A model generated the notes under the pieces. It saw only the letters and a program-made list of their open reading frames with translations. It had not been told where the DNA came from and made no database searches. From an uncultured Alteromonadaceae bacterium (GTDB lineage Bacteria > Pseudomonadota > Gammaproteobacteria > Enterobacterales > Alteromonadaceae), in assembly GCA_947503265.1 (NCBI GenBank), contig CANNDC010000021.1:4797-68796 (forward strand): a stretch of 64,000 bases of DNA. The letters run 5' to 3'. A program made the position numbers and the translations under genes. Positions 60,385-64,000 of this stretch are shown here, piece by piece; the first letter of the stretch is position 1, and each line of letters opens with the position of its first letter.

Positions 60385-61941
60385 TTAATTCTCTTCGCCG
60401 CTAGTTTGCGCTTCTGGTTTCATATGCGGAAACAAAATCACATCTTTTATCGTCGGGCTGTCGGTGAACAACATAACTAACCTATCGATACCGATACCCT
60501 CACCAGCAGTCGGAGCTAGTCCGTACTCCAAAGCACGAATGTAATCTTCGTCAAAATGCATGGCTTCATCGTCACCAGCATCTTTTTCTTCAACTTGCTT
60601 TCTAAAACGAGCGGCTTGGTCTTCAGAGTCGTTTAACTCCGAGAAGCCATTGGCTAACTCTCTGCCACCAACAAAGAACTCAAATCTGTCCGTGATAAAA
60701 CTGTTGTCGTCGTTGCGACGCGCCAGAGGCGACACTTCCCATGGGTATGCAGTGATAAAGGTAGGCTGTATGAGTTTTTCCTCTGCAGTTGCTTCGAATA
60801 TTTCACAAAGGTATTTACCCGCTCCCCAGATTCCCTCAACCTCAGGTTCTTTAATGTGCAATTGCTTAGCCATGGCTTTCAATGCATCAAGGTTGTTTTC
60901 GGGATCATTGATCGCGTCCACATCCGCTTCGGGCCAATACTTGATAACGGCTTCGTTCATCGTTAAGCGTTCAAATGGCTGCCCAAAATCGTATTCAACT
61001 TCATTGGTAACATTGCCTTCAGCGTCTTTCTCGGTATTGATAATTTTCGTGGTGCCTAACACGTCTTTTGCCAAAGTACGCAACATATCCTCGGTTAAAT
61101 TCATCAGGTCGTTATAGTCTGCATACGCTTGATAAAACTCTAACATGGTAAATTCAGGATTGTGGCGGGTCGATAATCCTTCGTTCCTGAAATTACGATT
61201 GATCTCGAAAACACGTTCAAAACCACCGACGACTAAACGCTTCAAATAAAGCTCTGGGGCGATACGTAAATACATATCGATATCCAAAGCATTGTGATGG
61301 GTTGTAAAAGGTTTAGCCGTAGCGCCACCAGGAATAACCTGCAACATAGGCGTTTCTACTTCCATAAACTTTCGCTCAGTCAGATAAGCTCGTATACCAT
61401 TCACCACCTTGCTACGAATTTGAAAATTTTCCCGAGTTTTCGGATTAGTGATCAAATCCACGTAGCGCTGGCGATATTTGGTTTCTTGATCTGCCAGTCC
61501 ATGAAATTTTTCAGGTAAAGGACGCAAAGACTTGGTCAACAGAACATATTCGTCCATGTTCACATACAAGTCGCCTTTGCCAGATTTATGCAAGGCACCT
61601 TTAACACCGATAATGTCCCCAATATCCAAACTGCCATAGCGTGCTTTGATGTCTTTCTGGGTATCTTTAGACGCATAAGACTGAATTCTGCCAGTCATAT
61701 CTTGAAGCAACAAAAAAGGTCCACGCTTGGCTAAAATTCGGCCAGCAATGCTAACTTGTGTGTCTAACTCTTCTAATTCCGCTTTTTCTTTTTCGCCAAA
61801 TTCGTCTTGCAAGTCCTGACTGTAAAACTCACGTCTAAAATCATTTGGGAAGCCGTTCGAAGCACAATTTTCACGGATTTGATCCAGCTTGCCTCGTCGC
61901 TCAGCGATAAGTTTATTTTCGTCTTGTTGATTGTCAGTCAT
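60385..61941 (-). CDS. lysS: Lysine-tRNA ligase (start re-called at ATG 61941 after AGGA)
   Basis: [27 protein letters not shown]....[20 protein letters not shown]. Confidence 0.99.
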   Translation of the reverse strand: MTDNQQDENKLIAERRGKLDQIRENCASNGFPNDFRREFYSQDLQDEFGEKEKAELEELDTQVSIAGRILAKRGPFLLLQDMTGRIQSYASKDTQKDIKARYGSLDIGDIIGVKGALHKSGKGDLYVNMDEYVLLTKSLRPLPEKFHGLADQETKYRQRYVDLITNPKTRENFQIRSKVVNGIRAYLTERKFMEVETPMLQVIPGGATAKPFTTHHNALDIDMYLRIAPELYLKRLVVGGFERVFEINRNFRNEGLSTRHNPEFTMLEFYQAYADYNDLMNLTEDMLRTLAKDVLGTTKIINTEKDAEGNVTNEVEYDFGQPFERLTMNEAVIKYWPEADVDAINDPENNLDALKAMAKQLHIKEPEVEGIWGAGKYLCEIFEATAEEKLIQPTFITAYPWEVSPLARRNDDNSFITDRFEFFVGGRELANGFSELNDSEDQAARFRKQVEEKDAGDDEAMHFDEDYIRALEYGLAPTAGEGIGIDRLVMLFTDSPTIKDVILFPHMKPEAQTSGEEN

Positions 61942-61983
61942 GGAATTTCCTATTGATGTTTCTTTCAAAGCCGTTTGCCAGAG

Positions 61984-63082
61984 TCAAAGCCCTGATTTCA
62001 AACTTGCTTCTATAAATTTGTCTAAGTCGCCATCTAAAACGGCTTGAGTATTTCGAGTTTCAACGCCCGTTCGTAAATCTTTGATGCGAGAGTCATCCAA
62101 TACATAAGAACGTATCTGACTCCCCCACCCTATATCAGATTTACTGTCTTCTAGGGCTTGCTTCTCTTCGTTTTGTTTCTTCATTTCAAATTCGTACAGC
62201 TTGGCTTTCAACTGTTTCATTGCCTGATCTTTGTTCTTGTGCTGAGAACGATCATTTTGGCATTGCACCACAATATTTGTAGGCAAATGTGTGATACGAA
62301 CCGCAGAATCTGTCCGGTTTACATGCTGCCCACCAGCACCAGATGCGCGGTAGGTATCGATACGAAGATCTGCCGGGTTAATATCGATATCGATATCATC
62401 GTCTATTTCAGGATAGGCAAAAGCCGAGGCAAATGAGGTGTGTCGTCGGCTACCTGAGTCAAACGGAGACTTTCGCACTAGACGGTGCACACCTGTTTCA
62501 GTACGCATCCAACCAAAAGCGTATTCGCCAGAAAAGCGAATGGTCGCGCTTTTTATTCCAGCAACATCCCCATCAGACACTTCAATCAGCTCTGTTTTGT
62601 AGCCATGGGCTTCACCCCATCGTAAATACATTCTAAGCAACATGTTGGCCCAATCCTGAGCCTCAGTTCCACCTGAGCCTGATTGTATGTCGAGATAGCA
62701 ATCGTTGCTGTCATTCGCTCCAGAAAACATACGCCTAAATTCGAGTGCTTCGAGCTTTTCGACCAACTCATCTAACTCAGTTTGCGCTTCATTAAAGGTA
62801 TCTTCATCTTCGGCTTCAATAGCAAGTTCAAGCAAACCTTCAACATCTTCAGTACCTTGGTCAAGCTTATCGATAGTTTCGACTACCAATTCCAAAGAAA
62901 CTTTTTCTTTACCCAGAGACTGAGCGCGAGCAGGCTCATTCCAAACCTCGGGATTTTCCAGTTCTCGGCTGACTTCTTCTAGACGTTCTTTCTTTTGGTC
63001 ATAGTCAAAGATACCCCCTAAGCAGTTCATTCCGCTGTCGAACGTCTGCAAGGGTATTTTGTATAGGATTTGTTTCAAACAT
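61984..63082 (-). CDS. prfB: Peptide chain release factor 2 with programmed +1 frameshift (365 aa)
   Basis: ATG 63082 MFETNPIQ...LLRGYL, AGGGGG-TAT-CTT-TGA-C at 63019-63004, then DYD...; SPF and GGQ motifs. The ORF-track N-terminus (63078) is wrong. Confidence 0.98.
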
Positions 63083-63168
63083 AGATATTAATTCGAATTT
63101 AGTTACTTATTTACAATTTAGTCGCGGGAGTTTACCGGAAACCCTCCGCGATTGTTAGCTATTCGGGG

Positions 63169-63747
63169 TTATTCGCCTTTTAGCTTCGTTAGCGTATCAA
63201 CCAACTCCTTGCCTAACCTTTTTAATGCGGCTTCAGTCTTTTCGTCCGTAATATTTCCTGCATCATCAAACTTTGCAAAAGCACCACCCACTGCTTTTTG
63301 ATTGGGTAATACCAAAGTGCCCAGATTTTCCATCAACATGCGAGTTGTGACTAGTACCCGCATTCCACCCAGTCCCCCTGGTGACGCAGCCATGATAGCC
63401 GCCACTTTTCCCTTATAGGCTTCAAGAGGCTTTTCGCCATCAATTTTCCGCGACGCCCAATCAATACAGTTTTTAAATAATGCGCTATATGAACTATTGT
63501 ATTCGGCGTTGGAAATCAGAAAACCATCATGGCTCATTAGTAATTTTTTAAACGCTTGTCCGCCGGGGTCCATGCCTTTTTCCGCTTCTAGGTCTTCAGT
63601 AAAAATAGGCATATTAAAATCTTCTAAATTGACAATAGTTACTTGCGCACCAGCCTTTTCGGCTCCTTTTGCGGCAACGGAAACCACTTTTTTATTGACT
63701 GAGTCTTTTCGACCACTACCAGCAAAAGCAAGAACTTTAATCATCAT
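63169..63747 (-). CDS. NADPH-dependent FMN reductase
   Basis: FAGSGRKDSVN, AEYNSS...KNCIDWASR, ASPGGLGG. Confidence 0.92.
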   Translation of the reverse strand: MMIKVLAFAGSGRKDSVNKKVVSVAAKGAEKAGAQVTIVNLEDFNMPIFTEDLEAEKGMDPGGQAFKKLLMSHDGFLISNAEYNSSYSALFKNCIDWASRKIDGEKPLEAYKGKVAAIMAASPGGLGGMRVLVTTRMLMENLGTLVLPNQKAVGGAFAKFDDAGNITDEKTEAALKRLGKELVDTLTKLKGE

Positions 63748-63770
63748 TCACCTCTATTTAATTGAGTAAC

Positions 63771-64000
63771 CTACATTTTTTCCATTGTGTCTATACCAAG
63801 CAAATCCAAACCAGATTTCAATGTTTTCGCCGTCATTGCAGCCAACATCAACCGACTCTCTTTTTTGTCAGTTTCGACACCGTCTTTGAGTATGGGGCAA
63901 GCTTCATAGAACGTCATAAAACAACTCGCCAATTCATACAAATAACTACATAGCACATGGGGAGTTGCCTCACTAACAAGCTGGTTAAGAGATTCCACAT
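63771..64000 (-). CDS. argS: Arginine-tRNA ligase (C-terminal part)
   Basis: [21 protein letters not shown]...SRL.LA....TLK.GL.LLGI.T.EKM anticodon-binding domain. Confidence 0.95.
   Translation of the reverse strand, partial: VESLNQLVSEATPHVLCSYLYELASCFMTFYEACPILKDGVETDKKESRLMLAAMTAKTLKSGLDLLGIDTMEKM

Noticed and set aside
60560-61117. 185-aa plus-strand ORF
   Set aside because: Antisense shadow of lysS.
63123-63151. GC-rich imperfect hairpin upstream of prfB
   Set aside because: No U-tract; better explained as a TAAACT -10 plus GC-rich discriminator of the prfB promoter than as a novel RNA.
1-64000. CRISPR arrays, tRNA/rRNA genes, IS elements, integrases, prophage genes
   Set aside because: None detected by eye; the nth repeats are irregularly spaced and coding-derived, so not CRISPR or attC.

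Overview
Chromosomal window of a marine gammaproteobacterium, Alteromonadaceae-like (inferred from motY, hubP/fimV, FlgO arrays, the FFLEELY protein and gene order). About 17.8-64 kb is mostly conserved core: glpQ-motY-rnt, purF-cvpA-dedD-folC-accD-truA-fimV-asd-pdxB, fabB-mnmC, flgO x3-yfcL-epmC, aroC-prmB-smrB, gshA, and lysS-prfB (+1 frameshift)-argS. About 1.66-17.7 kb, directly behind rnfG-rnfE-nth, is an accessory island: vapBC, an MscS channel, a MarR/membrane/ABM module, two convergent GH106 rhamnosidase-like genes, AraC + M20 amidohydrolase, and a nitrilase. The main finding is that the island is punctuated by three direct-orientation, progressively more decayed copies of the nth 3' end (2617-2672, 4076-4321, 13938-13994). 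This looks like serial cassette accretion at a protein-coding att site, with no integrase in the window. Other candidates: a sigmaE-type sRNA next to gshA in the position MicA occupies in E. coli, a pair of perfect inverted DnaA boxes upstream of fimV/hubP, a sigma54-driven stand-alone NDP-sugar dehydrogenase NAD-binding domain, and an unannotated 44-aa basic sORF. All calls are by eye from the sequence; no database searches were run.
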